Below, in pieces: positions 21,711 through 33,800 of a stretch of DNA of 64,000 nucleotides. The translations under genes were made by a program, and so were the position numbers. The stretch spans positions 812,769 to 876,768 of the forward strand of contig OZ244779.1 in the NCBI GenBank assembly GCA_965219575.1. The letters are read 5' to 3'. This DNA is from Candidatus Oxydemutatoraceae bacterium. GTDB lineage: Bacteria > Pseudomonadota > Gammaproteobacteria > Poriferisulfidales > Oxydemutatoraceae. Position 1 is the stretch's first letter; each line of letters opens with the position of its first letter. The notes under the pieces were generated by a model. It was not told where the DNA came from and did no database searches. It saw only the letters and a list, made by a program, of their open reading frames with translations.

Positions 21711-21713
21711 CGC

Positions 21714-23078
21714 TTACACATCTCTGGCTAAACGCTCGGCAATACCCGTATAATTTTTCGGTTCGATAGAAAGCAATAATTTTTTCTCGCTATCCGGCAA
21801 ATCGCTATTTTCTATAAATTGTCTGAGCGTCTGCAACGACACAGCTTGTCCGCGTTGCAGCTGCTTAAGTTGTTCGTAGGCATTTTGCATACCGTACTTT
21901 CTTAACATTGTCTGTATCGCTTCTCCCAGTACTTCGGGGTGTGCCGATAATTCTTCCGCAATCCGTTTGCGATTTACTTTGAGCCTATTCAATCCCGTGG
22001 TTATGGAATCGAGTGCTATCGACATATAAGCAAAGACCGTACCCGACGACCGCAACACCGTTGAATCCGATAAATCCCGCTGCCAACGAGACACCGGTAA
22101 CTTATCCGACAAGTGTCTTGCCAATGCAACTGCAAGGCCTAGATTGCCTTCGGCATTCTCAAAATGTATGGGATTGACCTTGTGGGGCATCGTCGAAGAG
22201 CCTACTTCTTGGTCTATAGTTTTCTGCCCGAATATTCCGAATGAGATATAAAGCCAGATATCTCTGCATAAGTCCAACAAGACATGTGCGATACGCGCAG
22301 TCGCATCCATCAATTCGGCAAGTTGATCGTGCGGTTCTATTTGTGTGCTGTAGGGGTGGCGAACCAATCCCAACGATGCCAGATACTCTTCGCTCAGGCG
22401 ATGCCAATCAACTTTGGGATAGGCAACATGGTGCGCGTTGTAATTGCCGCTTGCACCGCTGGTTTTAGCATTTATTTTAATCGCAGCGAATTTTTCGGTT
22501 TGCTCGTGCAAGCGGTAGCAAAAGTTTGCCATTTCTTTGCCTAGCGTGGTCGGCGATGCCGGTTGTCCGTGGGTTTTGGCTAACAGTGCGACATCGGCAT
22601 AACGCGTTGCCATATTTTTCAAACTGTCCCTGACGCGATGCATATAAGGTAGCAAGCACTGCCCGCGAGCATCTATGAACATCATGCCGTAGGCGGTGCT
22701 ATTAATATCTTCGGATGTGCATGCAAAATGAAAAAAGTTGGATAGTCTGGAGAGCTCGGGCATCGCCTGCACTTGGCTAACGATATAGTATTCCAATGCC
22801 TTGACATCGTGCTGAGTGGTTTTTTCTATGGTTTTGATTTGAATCGCTTGTTGTTCTCCGAAGTCGTCTACCAGTTTGGTTAAAAATGTTTTCGCTTGTT
22901 CGGAGAGTTCGGGGATTTCGTTTATTTCTTTATGCGCAGCTAGAAACTTAAACCACTCTATTTCTGCGGTTAAACGGTAACGCATCAGCGCATACTCGCT
23001 GAAAAAATCGGCAAGTTCTTCGTTCTTATCTCGATAGCGTCCGTCTATGGGACTGATTGCGGTAATTTTAGATAACAT
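21714..23078 (-). CDS. purB: Adenylosuccinate lyase
   Basis: AISPIDGRY, THGQPASPT, SSTMPHKVNPIHFENAEGN, RWQRDLSDSTVLR. Confidence 0.97.
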   Translation of the reverse strand: MLSKITAISPIDGRYRDKNEELADFFSEYALMRYRLTAEIEWFKFLAAHKEINEIPELSEQAKTFLTKLVDDFGEQQAIQIKTIEKTTQHDVKALEYYIVSQVQAMPELSRLSNFFHFACTSEDINSTAYGMMFIDARGQCLLPYMHRVRDSLKNMATRYADVALLAKTHGQPASPTTLGKEMANFCYRLHEQTEKFAAIKINAKTSGASGNYNAHHVAYPKVDWHRLSEEYLASLGLVRHPYSTQIEPHDQLAELMDATARIAHVLLDLCRDIWLYISFGIFGQKTIDQEVGSSTMPHKVNPIHFENAEGNLGLAVALARHLSDKLPVSRWQRDLSDSTVLRSSGTVFAYMSIALDSITTGLNRLKVNRKRIAEELSAHPEVLGEAIQTMLRKYGMQNAYEQLKQLQRGQAVSLQTLRQFIENSDLPDSEKKLLLSIEPKNYTGIAERLARDV

Positions 23079-23225
23079 CGTCGGTTGTGGTATTGTAAAA
23101 ATTTAATCTATAGTAGCACAGAATACCGCTTATTCCCCTCCTTGTAGCTGCGGCGGTTCTATGTAATATAATAAACGGCAACGACAATTAAAAAATGATT
23201 GAACCAACCCTTTTTTCATAAAGCA

Positions 23226-24590
23226 ATGAGTAAATACAGAATAGAAAAAGATAGCTTGGGCGAAGTTAAAGTATCCGAGGACAAGTTATACGGAGCTCAA
23301 ACACAACGGGCGGTAGATAATTTCCCGATCAGCGGTTTGACCATGCCGTCCGCCTTTATACGCGCGATGGGATTGATTAAATATAGCTGTGCCGAAAGCA
23401 ATGCGCGCTTGGGGTTATTGGATAGCAACATTGCAGAGGCGATTGCACAAGCTGCCGGCGAGGTTGCAGCGAATAAGCACGATGCACATTTTCCCATAGA
23501 TGTATTTCAGACCGGCTCCGGTACCAGTTCGAACATGAACGCCAACGAGGTGATTGCCAAGCTCGCTTCGGAGATCGCCGCTTCGGCCGTACACCCTAAC
23601 GACCATGTCAATATGAGTCAAAGTTCCAACGATGTGATACCGACGGCGATACACTTGAGTGCCTGTCTGTCGATCGAGGAAGAATTGAAGCCGGCACTGA
23701 AACATCTGGCGGATTGTATCGCCACCAAAGCCGATGAAGTCTCGGATAAATTGACGACCGGACGCACCCATTTGATGGACGCGATGCCGATCGGCTTAAA
23801 GCAAGAATTGAGCGGCTGGGAAGCGCAAGTGCGTTATGCGATCGAACGCGTCGATTCTGCGATGCAGCGGCTTCGTGAGTTGGCTCAAGGTGGTACTGCG
23901 GTCGGTACCGGTGTAAATTGCCCCGACGGTTTTGCCGATTTATTTTGCGGTATTTTATCCGAGCAAGCCCGAATAACTTTTGTTTCCAAGCCGAATAAAT
24001 TTGAAGCACTTGCGACCCAAGATGCGGCGGTGGAATGTAGCGGACAACTAAAGACCGTCGCCGTCGGTCTTACGAAGGTTGCCAATGATCTGCGGTGGAT
24101 GAATTCCGGTCCTCTGGCAGGTTTGGGTGAGATTACTCTGCCCGTATTGCAACCCGGCAGCAGCATTATGCCGGGCAAGGTGAATCCGGTTATTCCCGAA
24201 GCGGTTGCGATGGTTTGCGCCCAGGTCATAGGCAACGATGCGACGATTACGATTGCCGGACAAGCGGGCAATTTTCAACTCAATGTGATGTTGCCGGTTA
24301 TTGCGTATAACTTGTTGCAAAGTATCGGTATGTTGAGCAATGCGGCGCGCGTATTGGCCGACAAGGCGATTGCCGATTTTTTAGTCAACGAAGACACTTT
24401 GAAGTCCGCCTTAGAAAGAAATCCGATATTGGTGACCGCGCTCAATAGAGTAATAGGCTACGAGAAAGGTGCTGCGATTGCCAAGCAGGCGTATCGGGAG
24501 CGTCGTCCGATCCTCGATGTTGTTTTAGAGCAAACCGAGCTGAGTAGAGAAGAAGCGCAAGCGTTGTTGGACCCTGCCAAACTCATCTAA
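23226..24590 (+). CDS. fumC: Class II fumarate hydratase
   Basis: QTGSGTSSNMNANE, GRTHLMDA, GSSIMPGKVNP. The ATG at 23226 is the preferred start. Confidence 0.96.
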   Translation: MSKYRIEKDSLGEVKVSEDKLYGAQTQRAVDNFPISGLTMPSAFIRAMGLIKYSCAESNARLGLLDSNIAEAIAQAAGEVAANKHDAHFPIDVFQTGSGTSSNMNANEVIAKLASEIAASAVHPNDHVNMSQSSNDVIPTAIHLSACLSIEEELKPALKHLADCIATKADEVSDKLTTGRTHLMDAMPIGLKQELSGWEAQVRYAIERVDSAMQRLRELAQGGTAVGTGVNCPDGFADLFCGILSEQARITFVSKPNKFEALATQDAAVECSGQLKTVAVGLTKVANDLRWMNSGPLAGLGEITLPVLQPGSSIMPGKVNPVIPEAVAMVCAQVIGNDATITIAGQAGNFQLNVMLPVIAYNLLQSIGMLSNAARVLADKAIADFLVNEDTLKSALERNPILVTALNRVIGYEKGAAIAKQAYRERRPILDVVLEQTELSREEAQALLDPAKLI

Positions 24591-25021
24591 AAAGCCTTTC
24601 CATTGGGTGGTTGTAGCGTGGGACTGTTGAAAAAGTATTTCATAGAGTGGTAGGGGCGGACTTATATGTCCGCCCGAACACGTGTCGTGTCAGCATAAAT
24701 AAAATCGTACGCCATCCGATTTATGGAAACCAAAACTAAATGGCGCAAGCGGTTGGTGTCGTGCAGAACGGTACTTAAGGGCAGACATCAAAATTGCCGA
24801 TTGACCTACTGGCTCAATCGGCGGCTTTATCCTGCCCCTACGGCTTGGTGGTTATTATAAATTCACGGCGCAATCGGTTACGGTTGCACGCTGACGGTAC
24901 TTTTTCAACAGCCCCAGCGGGTCTGCACAAGTTAATTCCCTTCCTTCGGAGAGGCGGACATGTTAGTCCGCCCCTACGGTTCGTGGATACTTTTTCGACA
25001 ATCCTGTGCCGATTGACCTAC
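24591..25021. mobile_element. MITE (24619-24916) inserted in the A/C repeat, plus further REP remnants
   Basis: TGGGACTGTTGAAAAAGTA ... TACTTTTTCAACAGCCCCA, flanked by (A)GCG on both sides (24615-24618 and 24916-24919). Two internal REP hairpins. Confidence 0.8.
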
Positions 25022-25054
25022 GAGTGGTTATCGTAATTCGCTGTGCGGACGATG

Positions 25055-27676
25055 TTAGGCGGCGAGCCGGCGTAGCACATAGTGCAGAATCCCACCGTTG
25101 TCGTAATAATCCTGCTCTTGCGGTGTATCTATGCGGATGCGTACCTTAAAGGTTTTGCTTCGCCGGTTTCCGTCCTCCACACCGACATCTGCGGTGCCGT
25201 CTTTATCGGTGCGAATCGTATAAACTTCATTTCCCTCAAGCCCCAAAGATTGAGCACTGTCGCCCTCTAAAAATTGTAGAGGCAATATGCCCATCCCGAT
25301 CAAGTTGGTTCTGTGTATGCGTTCGAAACTTTCGGCGATGACCGCCCGAACACCCTGTAGTCTAGGCCCCTTTGCCGCCCAGTCGCGCGATGAACCGCTG
25401 CCGTATTCTTTGCCGGCGACGACGATAGTCGGCACCGACTCCTGCAAATAGCGCATCGCCGCATCGTAAATAGTCATTTGTTCCTTGGACGGGAAATGAA
25501 GCGTATAACCTCCCTCTACATTCAGTACTAATCGGTTGCGCAGGCGGATATTGGCAAATGTGCCTCTGACCATCACTTCGTGGTTGCCTCGCCGTGAACC
25601 ATAGGAATTAAAGTCCTGCACCTGCACGCCCTGCGATTTCAGGTATACTCCCGCCGGGCTATCGGGTGCAATCGCACCGGCCGGCGAGATATGGTCGGTG
25701 GTCACCGAGTCGCCCAAGATAGCAAGCACTCTTGCATTCTCGATCGGTGCCGGTTGTTGCACCTCTAAAGAGAGGTTTTCAAAATACGGTGGATGCGCAA
25801 CATAAGTAGAATCTGCCCAATCGTAAAGCGTATCGGCGGGGCTTTCCAAGTTGCGCCAATCTTCGGTGCCGTCGAATATCTCGGAATAAATAGCCCTGAA
25901 CTGATCCGCCGACAATGCCTGTTTAAGCAGTGCATCGAGTTCCGTGCGGCTCGGCCAAATATCTTTTAGAAAGACCTGCCGTCCTTGTTCGTTGGTCGCA
26001 AGAGGTTCTTTATATAAATCTATATCCATCGTGCCGGCGAGTGCATAGGCAATTACCAGTGGTGGAGAAGCGAGGTAGTTCAGTTGCACTTGCGCGTGTA
26101 TCCGCCCCTCGAAGTTCCTATTTCCGGACAACACCGCACTTGCCGCGAGCTTGTGTTCTTTGACGGCATCGGCAATCACCTCGGGCAAGGGACCCGAGTT
26201 TCCTATGCATGTGGTGCAACCATAGCCTACATTATAAAAACCGAGTGCTTGCAACGCATCGCTTAGTTTTGCGCTTTGCAGATAATCGGTGACGACACGC
26301 GAGCCGGGGGCAAGCGATGTCTTAACCCACGGCTTGGCCTTGAGTCCGAGTGCGGCAGCTTTTTTTGCCAGCAGTCCCGCCGACAGCATCACCGAGGGGT
26401 TTGAAGTATTGGTGCAAGAGGTAATCGCAGCGATGGCAACGAAACCGTCGCGCAAAGTTACTCGCTCGCCGGCTATCTCGATGTCGGCATGCTTCGGTAT
26501 CGGGTTGATTTTTTCAAAGGCTTCGCGACATTTTTCCCGTGCAAGGTTCAACGGGATGCGATCTTGAGGACGCTTCGGCCCGGCAAGGCTCGGCACGACT
26601 TCGCTCAGGTTAAGGCCGATCGTCTCATCGTATTGCAACTTATTTTTATCGTTGCGCCATAAACCGCACTGCTTGGCATAGGCTTCTATCAAAGCGATCT
26701 CGTCGTCGCTGCGACCGCTCAAAGATAGGTAGTCTAAGGTCTCTCGGTCTATAGGAAAGATGCCGCAGGTCGCACCGTATTCGGGTGCCATGTTGGCGAT
26801 GGTTGCACGGTCTCCCAGCGACAATTCATTCAAGCCGTCGCCGTAGAACTCTACGAACTTGCCGACTACGCCCAGTTTGCGCAACATTTCTACGACCGTC
26901 AACACCAGATCGGTTGCGGTTGAACCTTCGGGCAATTTTCCGCATAGCTCAAAACCTACGACCTCGGGAATCAGCATGGAGATAGGCTGTCCCAACATAG
27001 AGGCTTCGGCTTCTATGCCGCCGACACCCCATCCCAACACGCCGATGCCGTTGATCATCGTGGTATGCGAATCGGTGCCTACCAATGTATCGGGGTACGC
27101 TAATTTTTCGCCTTGATCTTCGTTCACGAATATAACCCGTGCCAGATATTCCAGATTGACCTGATGCACGATGCCCGAACCGGGCGGCACGACTTTGAAG
27201 TTGGAGAATGCCTTTTGTCCCCACTTCAGAAAATTATAGCGTTCGCGGTTGCGCTGAAATTCTATTTTTGTATTGAGGTCTAGTGCCCTGTCGTTGCCGA
27301 ATTTGTCTACCTGAACCGAGTGGTCTATGACGAGTTCGGTAGGTTGCAAAGGGTTGATTTTATCGGGGTCTAGTCCCAAACGATGCATTGCAGCCCGCAT
27401 CGCTGCAAGGTCTACCACCGCCGGCACACCGGTAAAATCTTGCATTAATACCCGTGCCGGGCGATAGGCGATCTCTTTGTTCTCGCCTTTTCTATCGAGC
27501 AAAGCCTGTATATCCGCTTTATTCACGGTGTTTCCGTCTTCGTAGCGCAACAAATTTTCCAATAAAATCTTCAAGCAAAACGGCAAACTGCGCGCCTGCT
27601 CGAGTCGCGATATATCAAAGATAGTATAAGAGTCGCTGCCCACTTTAAGAGTCGTTTTAGTATCAAAGCTGTTCAT
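25055..27676 (-). CDS. acnA: Aconitate hydratase A
   Basis: QDFTGVP, GTDSHT, AITSCTNTSNP, GCTTCIGNSG, GSSRDWAAKG. Confidence 0.98.
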   Translation of the reverse strand: MNSFDTKTTLKVGSDSYTIFDISRLEQARSLPFCLKILLENLLRYEDGNTVNKADIQALLDRKGENKEIAYRPARVLMQDFTGVPAVVDLAAMRAAMHRLGLDPDKINPLQPTELVIDHSVQVDKFGNDRALDLNTKIEFQRNRERYNFLKWGQKAFSNFKVVPPGSGIVHQVNLEYLARVIFVNEDQGEKLAYPDTLVGTDSHTTMINGIGVLGWGVGGIEAEASMLGQPISMLIPEVVGFELCGKLPEGSTATDLVLTVVEMLRKLGVVGKFVEFYGDGLNELSLGDRATIANMAPEYGATCGIFPIDRETLDYLSLSGRSDDEIALIEAYAKQCGLWRNDKNKLQYDETIGLNLSEVVPSLAGPKRPQDRIPLNLAREKCREAFEKINPIPKHADIEIAGERVTLRDGFVAIAAITSCTNTSNPSVMLSAGLLAKKAAALGLKAKPWVKTSLAPGSRVVTDYLQSAKLSDALQALGFYNVGYGCTTCIGNSGPLPEVIADAVKEHKLAASAVLSGNRNFEGRIHAQVQLNYLASPPLVIAYALAGTMDIDLYKEPLATNEQGRQVFLKDIWPSRTELDALLKQALSADQFRAIYSEIFDGTEDWRNLESPADTLYDWADSTYVAHPPYFENLSLEVQQPAPIENARVLAILGDSVTTDHISPAGAIAPDSPAGVYLKSQGVQVQDFNSYGSRRGNHEVMVRGTFANIRLRNRLVLNVEGGYTLHFPSKEQMTIYDAAMRYLQESVPTIVVAGKEYGSGSSRDWAAKGPRLQGVRAVIAESFERIHRTNLIGMGILPLQFLEGDSAQSLGLEGNEVYTIRTDKDGTADVGVEDGNRRSKTFKVRIRIDTPQEQDYYDNGGILHYVLRRLAA

Positions 27677-27891
27677 AGTCCGATTGATTGTTGTAATGTA
27701 TGGATTTTTAATATTCCTGTATGATTGTGTTTACAAACAACGGGAATAATGACGATTATTATGCCCTATTTGCCGAGTTGTGACAATGCCGTCCGGCATT
27801 CCCTTGCCGACGGGGAGGCTGCTAAAATCGTTTAGCCGTCAATTTTGTAGGCATCCGAACTAATCGAAATATAAGAAGTTAGGGTTAACGG

Positions 27892-30800
27892 TTATTGCAT
27901 CAGACCTTCTAAGAATACTCTGATGTTTAGTGATCCGGTCGTAGATTCACGGCCGGATTCAGGGCTGGATTCAGGGCTGGATTCAGGGCTGGATTCACTT
28001 AATACAATGGTGTATTCGCGTGTTCCGCGCAGGATGTAACGAGCGTGTGAACTTACTTTTATCACGATCGTCACATCATGTTCGTCACTCATTAGTGTAT
28101 GGACAAAAGAGGCATTATTAGGCAATTCTTGGAAGTTTTGGGTGCCTATTTTGTAGCTGATAGTATTGCTACTGTTATTTGCGATAGGGGTTAATCTAAT
28201 TCGGATAGTTGCTACATCAAATTCCGCTTCGTATTCTAAAATTTCAGGATCAAAATCCGTGTCTAATTCTCTCTCTTTATACATTATGAAATCGCCGCTG
28301 CTGTTACTTTCCTCGAGCCGCAATGCCACCAGAGTAGGTTGCTGTCCACCCAATATCGACCCACAATCGGGTAATTCGGTATTAGGATCCGTATCGCATT
28401 GAGGGTCACCTATGGGTGCGATGCCTTTTCCGTATCCGAGTATAGGATATTCATTGCTCGTGCCGAAGTCCCAGTCTTCGATAGACCACTCACTATAAAT
28501 ACCGGTATTCGTTGTGGGTGTTTTAAGGTCTGTCGCCGATTGTTTTGGTTCGTATCCAAAACTTATATTTCCTCGTCCTACATCGAGAAGTCCGCCGCCG
28601 TCGTTTTGCCGATAACTTGCATTTATAGTAGCTGAACCGCCATTGTAGTTGCCGATTAGACCCCCTACGACGGAGGTTGTAGAAGTTCCTATAACCGGAC
28701 TCGTTGTATAACTGTTTCGCAGTATGACATTTTCCATAGTTCCGATTAAACCACCCAAGTTTGTATGTCCCGATACGGAGCCGCTGGAATAAGTGTTTGC
28801 GATAGCACTTCTTAGTCCTGTATGACGACCTATCAACCCGCCTAGGTTTTGACTATTGTCCCCGCCACCTTGAACATTGCCGGTTGCGAAACTGTTGGAA
28901 ATTCTAGGAGTCGGAGCCCCGGAATCAGGGTTGTCATTTGATCCGACCAGTCCCCCTACATTGAGGATACCGGAGACATTGCCGGTTGCGAAACTATTGG
29001 CAATATAGTTTCTGTTACCGCCGACCAATCCGCCTACATCGGTGATATTTTCTCCTACAATGTCGCCGCTTGCATAACCACCGTTAATTGTTCCTTGGTT
29101 GACACCGACCAGCCCGCCTAATCCACCTAAATAAGGTTCGACCGTTAACCTTAACCTTCTTTCTAAATCTCCGCTACCGACTATCGCAACATTTGCATGG
29201 CTATCGATAATACGCCCGTCGCTAAGATTAATACCGACGAGGCCGCCTATCCGACTATCTTCCGAAATCCGATCCGGTATGCGGAACCCGATTATTGAAC
29301 CGCTCGCATGACTATTAAGAATCAAACCGGCGTTGCTTGCCACCAATCCACCTATCGCAGCAAGTCCTTGTATATTTGCATCCAATAGACCCAAGTTCCG
29401 AATTTTGCCGTCCTTCGTCAGATGATTAAATAGAGCCACGAATAATGAAGTGGGGGAATTTATAAACAGATTGGATATCGTCAGGTCGTTTCCTTCAAAG
29501 GTCGTGCTAAAACCACCGTCCAGCCCGCCGATTGGTTGCCAACCTGGATTAGTACGCCATGTATTCATGTTCGTGCTATCGTTATAATGTTCGGGTTCGC
29601 CGAAGTTTAAATCTCTGCTTAATTCGTAGCCTCGGCAACGATTTTCCATACAACCGAAGGTGACTTTGCCGGCCGAATTGTTGCCGGTGTTATAAGCACT
29701 GCCGTCTAATTGATAGCGAATCGCGTCTAAATCCTCCAAATAGTAAATCTCTATCAGATTGTCGCCGTCGTCGTCGGCTTTTATCCTAAACGGACCTATT
29801 CGTGTTGTTACCGTATGGTTTTGGGCATCGGTGTGTGTTATCAACACGCGATAGCGAGTACTACCGGGAGTATTCTGCGGTATGGCGAAGGTGTTGGTGC
29901 TAACATCACTAATGTCTGTCCAGTCAATGCCCAATTTTCTTTCTTGCCATTGATATGTGAAATCTCGGTCGCCGTCACCGTCCGCATCGGTTTTTACTCG
30001 GACGGTGATGGTGGTGGTACTTATTTCTGTTTCTACATCGGGAGGCCCGTTATCTATGCGATTGATTCTCAATACCGTACTACGGCTGGTTGAGGAACCG
30101 TCACCGTCGTCGACTCTCAGCGTAAATGTGACATCACGATTATCATCGGTTCCCACGAAATCTTCGGGTATCTTAAAACTTAAGGTAGGGGCGGTTAGTT
30201 CCGATACGCTTATCGGTTCATCCGGAGAGCGTGTCCACGCATAGCTATAGGGTTCGGTGCCGCCGGTGACTACGGGTGTCAGAGTAATCGTGCTTCCCTC
30301 ATCGACCGTGCCATCTTCGTTCGCAGGCTCAATGCCGAATGTTTCGGATATTGAAAGGTTGGGACCGGGCACTATGAGTGTATAAAGTGTACTAATATCT
30401 GCATCTATAACTTCAATGGTTAAAATTCTTACTGTATTTTTTAATGCAATTTCTTCGCTTGCGTCCCCGCTACTTCTATTGCCGAAATAATTGATATCTT
30501 CTCCTTGTTCGGTAATGGTAATCGTTGCGTTGTCACCGTTGACTGCGAACGGCAGGATTTGAAATTTATCCGAGTCTAGGTTGGGGATAATATAATCGTA
30601 GATCAAAGACGAGAAAGACCGGTCGCGAAATCTCAAATCCTTATTGCTTATCTCGCCGTTTTCTAGTAAAAATAAAGCACTCAGCCCGCTGTCACGTTGA
30701 TTGGCTAACAAGGTGCCGCATTGCGGCAGCGAGGTTCGAGGGTCGGTATCGCATGTGTCTGCCGTATTGATAGGATCTGCGTGGCGGAGGGCAGGATAGA

Positions 30801-33800
30801 TTGTACTGTTTCCGAAATCCCAATCGGTAGTACTCCATTGCCCGTATATACCGCTTGCATCGGTCGGTGATTTAAGGCTTTCGGCAGTTAGTCCCGCCGT
30901 ATAAAAGACATATCTAGAGAGTCCTATATCATTGAACAAGGAGTCCGGTTTTCTTGCCCAATAGCTTCGGTTTAGGCCGGTAACTATTCTGTCATCACCG
31001 GGTATATTCCTGCCTACTAATCCGCCTACAAAGTAGTTGAGTCTGCTTTCGGAGCCTATCACACAGCCTGTTGTATAGCTATTGGTAATTGAACCACCCG
31101 CGCTCGTTGTGCCGGCTATGCCACCGATGAAATTATCACCCATGACACAACCGCTCGCATAACTGTTGCTAATTCCGAATGAGCTACCTCTTCTGCCGAC
31201 GAATGTCCCTACTAATCCGCCTACGCGCGTTGCTCCACGAACATTACCGCTCGCATAGCTATTGGCGATGTTGATAAAATCACCACGGCCGATTAAACCG
31301 CCTATTCTTTCTTCTTTTCCGATGACATCGACTATTGCGTGGCTGTTGGCAATAGTCGTTAGTTCGGCATCACCGACTAACCCGCCTAAGTTTGCATCTC
31401 CGACAATAGTGCCGGTGGCATAGCTGTTAGCGATCAAACCTGCATAACTACCGGCAGCTAATCCGCCCACATTTAACTTTCCTCTGATGTTGATATCGGG
31501 CAAGCCGAGATTGACTATCCTGGCGTGTCGGGAAGTGCCGTCTCTAGTTTGTTGTCCTGCCCGACCGAATAGCCCCACATTATCCGAAGTGTCGGGGTTA
31601 GTTCTGTTAATTTGCAGATTGGAAATCGTATAGCCGTTGCCTTCGAAGGTAGCGTGAAAAGCCCGATTTACGACCCCGATCGGCAACCAGCCTTCATCGC
31701 CGCTATCCTCGTAATCGTCAACCGTCCATCGTTTTTTATTGGATATTGAGAAATAGCTTGCGTTGCTATCAAAATCCAAATCTCTAGCCAACTCGTACCC
31801 GACACAGCCGGTGTTCGGGCAGCCGTCGGTGATTGTTTTAGCAATTGCGTTTGCTCTATAGCCTTTTCCGTCCGGTCGATAACGGATTGCGTCTAAATCT
31901 TCCAAGTAGTAAATCTCGATGAGTCCGTCGTTGTCTGCGTCTATATCTACTCGGAGCGGCCCTATAGTTTCGTTGGGTACATTCCTAACGATTAAGGTTT
32001 TACTTAAAGTGATGCTATCGGAATCGTCGGATACGGTTAGCGTGAATGTGAGGCTACGAGTTGACGCACTCTCGCCGTCCACAAAGTCTAGAGGTATAAA
32101 AACGCTTATCGAAGGGTTACTTCCATATAACTGTGGGTAATCAAATGTAGGAAGCTGTTTCCACCTAAAGTCATAATTTCCACCGGCAACAACCAATAGC
32201 ATGATCTCGCTATTCTCATCTACCGTGCCGTCTGCGTTTATGTCTATATTATTTCCGGCGCGGAGTTCAATTTCTTCCCTTATCGCAATAGACCGCTTCT
32301 CAAAGCGCAGATTATAAATAGAATTGCTATCGCTCACCGTAACGGTTATTGCGGTATTTCCCGATAACGGGATTGTGGTTTCGGTACTGCCGATTGCCGT
32401 GCCTATATCGCCGATTGTGATATTTGCCGTAGAATTGTATGCGTTCAGCAGTAGGCTAATGCTTTGCACGCTATCGTCAACCAATACGGTGTAGTCGGTT
32501 TCGTCGGAACTAAAGTACGGTATCCATGCCACACCCGGAATATCTATATCTCTCAAACCGGTACCTTGGTTGGGCAATAACGAACCACATTCGGGTGGGT
32601 CTATATCCATACGGCGCGGCTGCTTACTACATGTTGACGAGTCTTCATCCGCCGTATATTTGAGAACCGGGTATTGATTAGGCGTGCCGAAATTCCAATC
32701 GGCAACACGCCAACCACTATATATACCGGTTGCGTCGTCGGGGAATTTAAGGTCGGAAGCCGATTGCCCTGCGGTATACGAAAGTGTTGATCTTTCACTG
32801 CCCGCCCTGCCTATATCGGAGAGTGAGGAATCATTATTTTCCCAATAACTTGCAGTGATTGTCGGTGCCGGCAAATTATGCGTCGACAGGATACCTTCTC
32901 GGCTATATCCATTGATAGCGGCTAAACCCCCGAAATCATCATCTTCAAGCCCATCGTTTAGAGTATGGGTAATATGTGTAATAACAGGGTCCGCATAACT
33001 ATTGGTAATCCTATGTCTGTTGGCACCGACCAGCCCACCGCCATCCGCTAAGCTCGAGACTATACCGCGCGCATAGCTGTTAATAATTTCCCCGGCACTA
33101 TTCGCCGGACATCCTATGTGGAAACTAAAACAGTTTTCACCGACCAACCCACCTACGGTGAATTTTCCGGTGACATCGGCGGCTGCATAACTATTAACAA
33201 TCTTGTTGAGATTGGTGCCGACCAACCCACCTACTTTATCTCTTCCTTGCCGGTTGTTCGCCTCCAATGTGCCATCGAAGGTTCCTCCGTTTACGCTTCC
33301 GGAAACATAGCTGTTTATGACTTTTCCGCCGTTTATGCCGACTAGACCACCTACACCTTTGAGGTAATAGATATCGTCGCGTCGCGCATCGGGTCTTGCC
33401 TGTGGCGAATCGTTTTTCTCAATCCTTAGATTTAATAAGCCGACATTTCTAATTACGGCAGTCTGTGAGGTAAAGCCGAATAAACCTACCCCTCTTAGTC
33501 CCCATCCGGTCGCATCCTTATTCTCGATATTTTCCATGTTGATAAACAGGTTGGAAATGGTATAGCCGTTGCCTTCGAATACGCCGCTGAATCCATTTCG
33601 TACTTCTTTTCCCGAGACGCTAACATTAATGCTACCTATCGGTTGCCATCCTCCGTCGGTCCATTGCATTTTGTTTTCAACATTATTTCTGTAATCGGAT
33701 TCTTTTTTGAAGTCTAGGTTTCTTGTCAACTCGTAACCTATACAAACATTTTCCGGGCAACCTTCGGCAGATGTTCCAGTCCCGCTAAGATTATTCCGTA

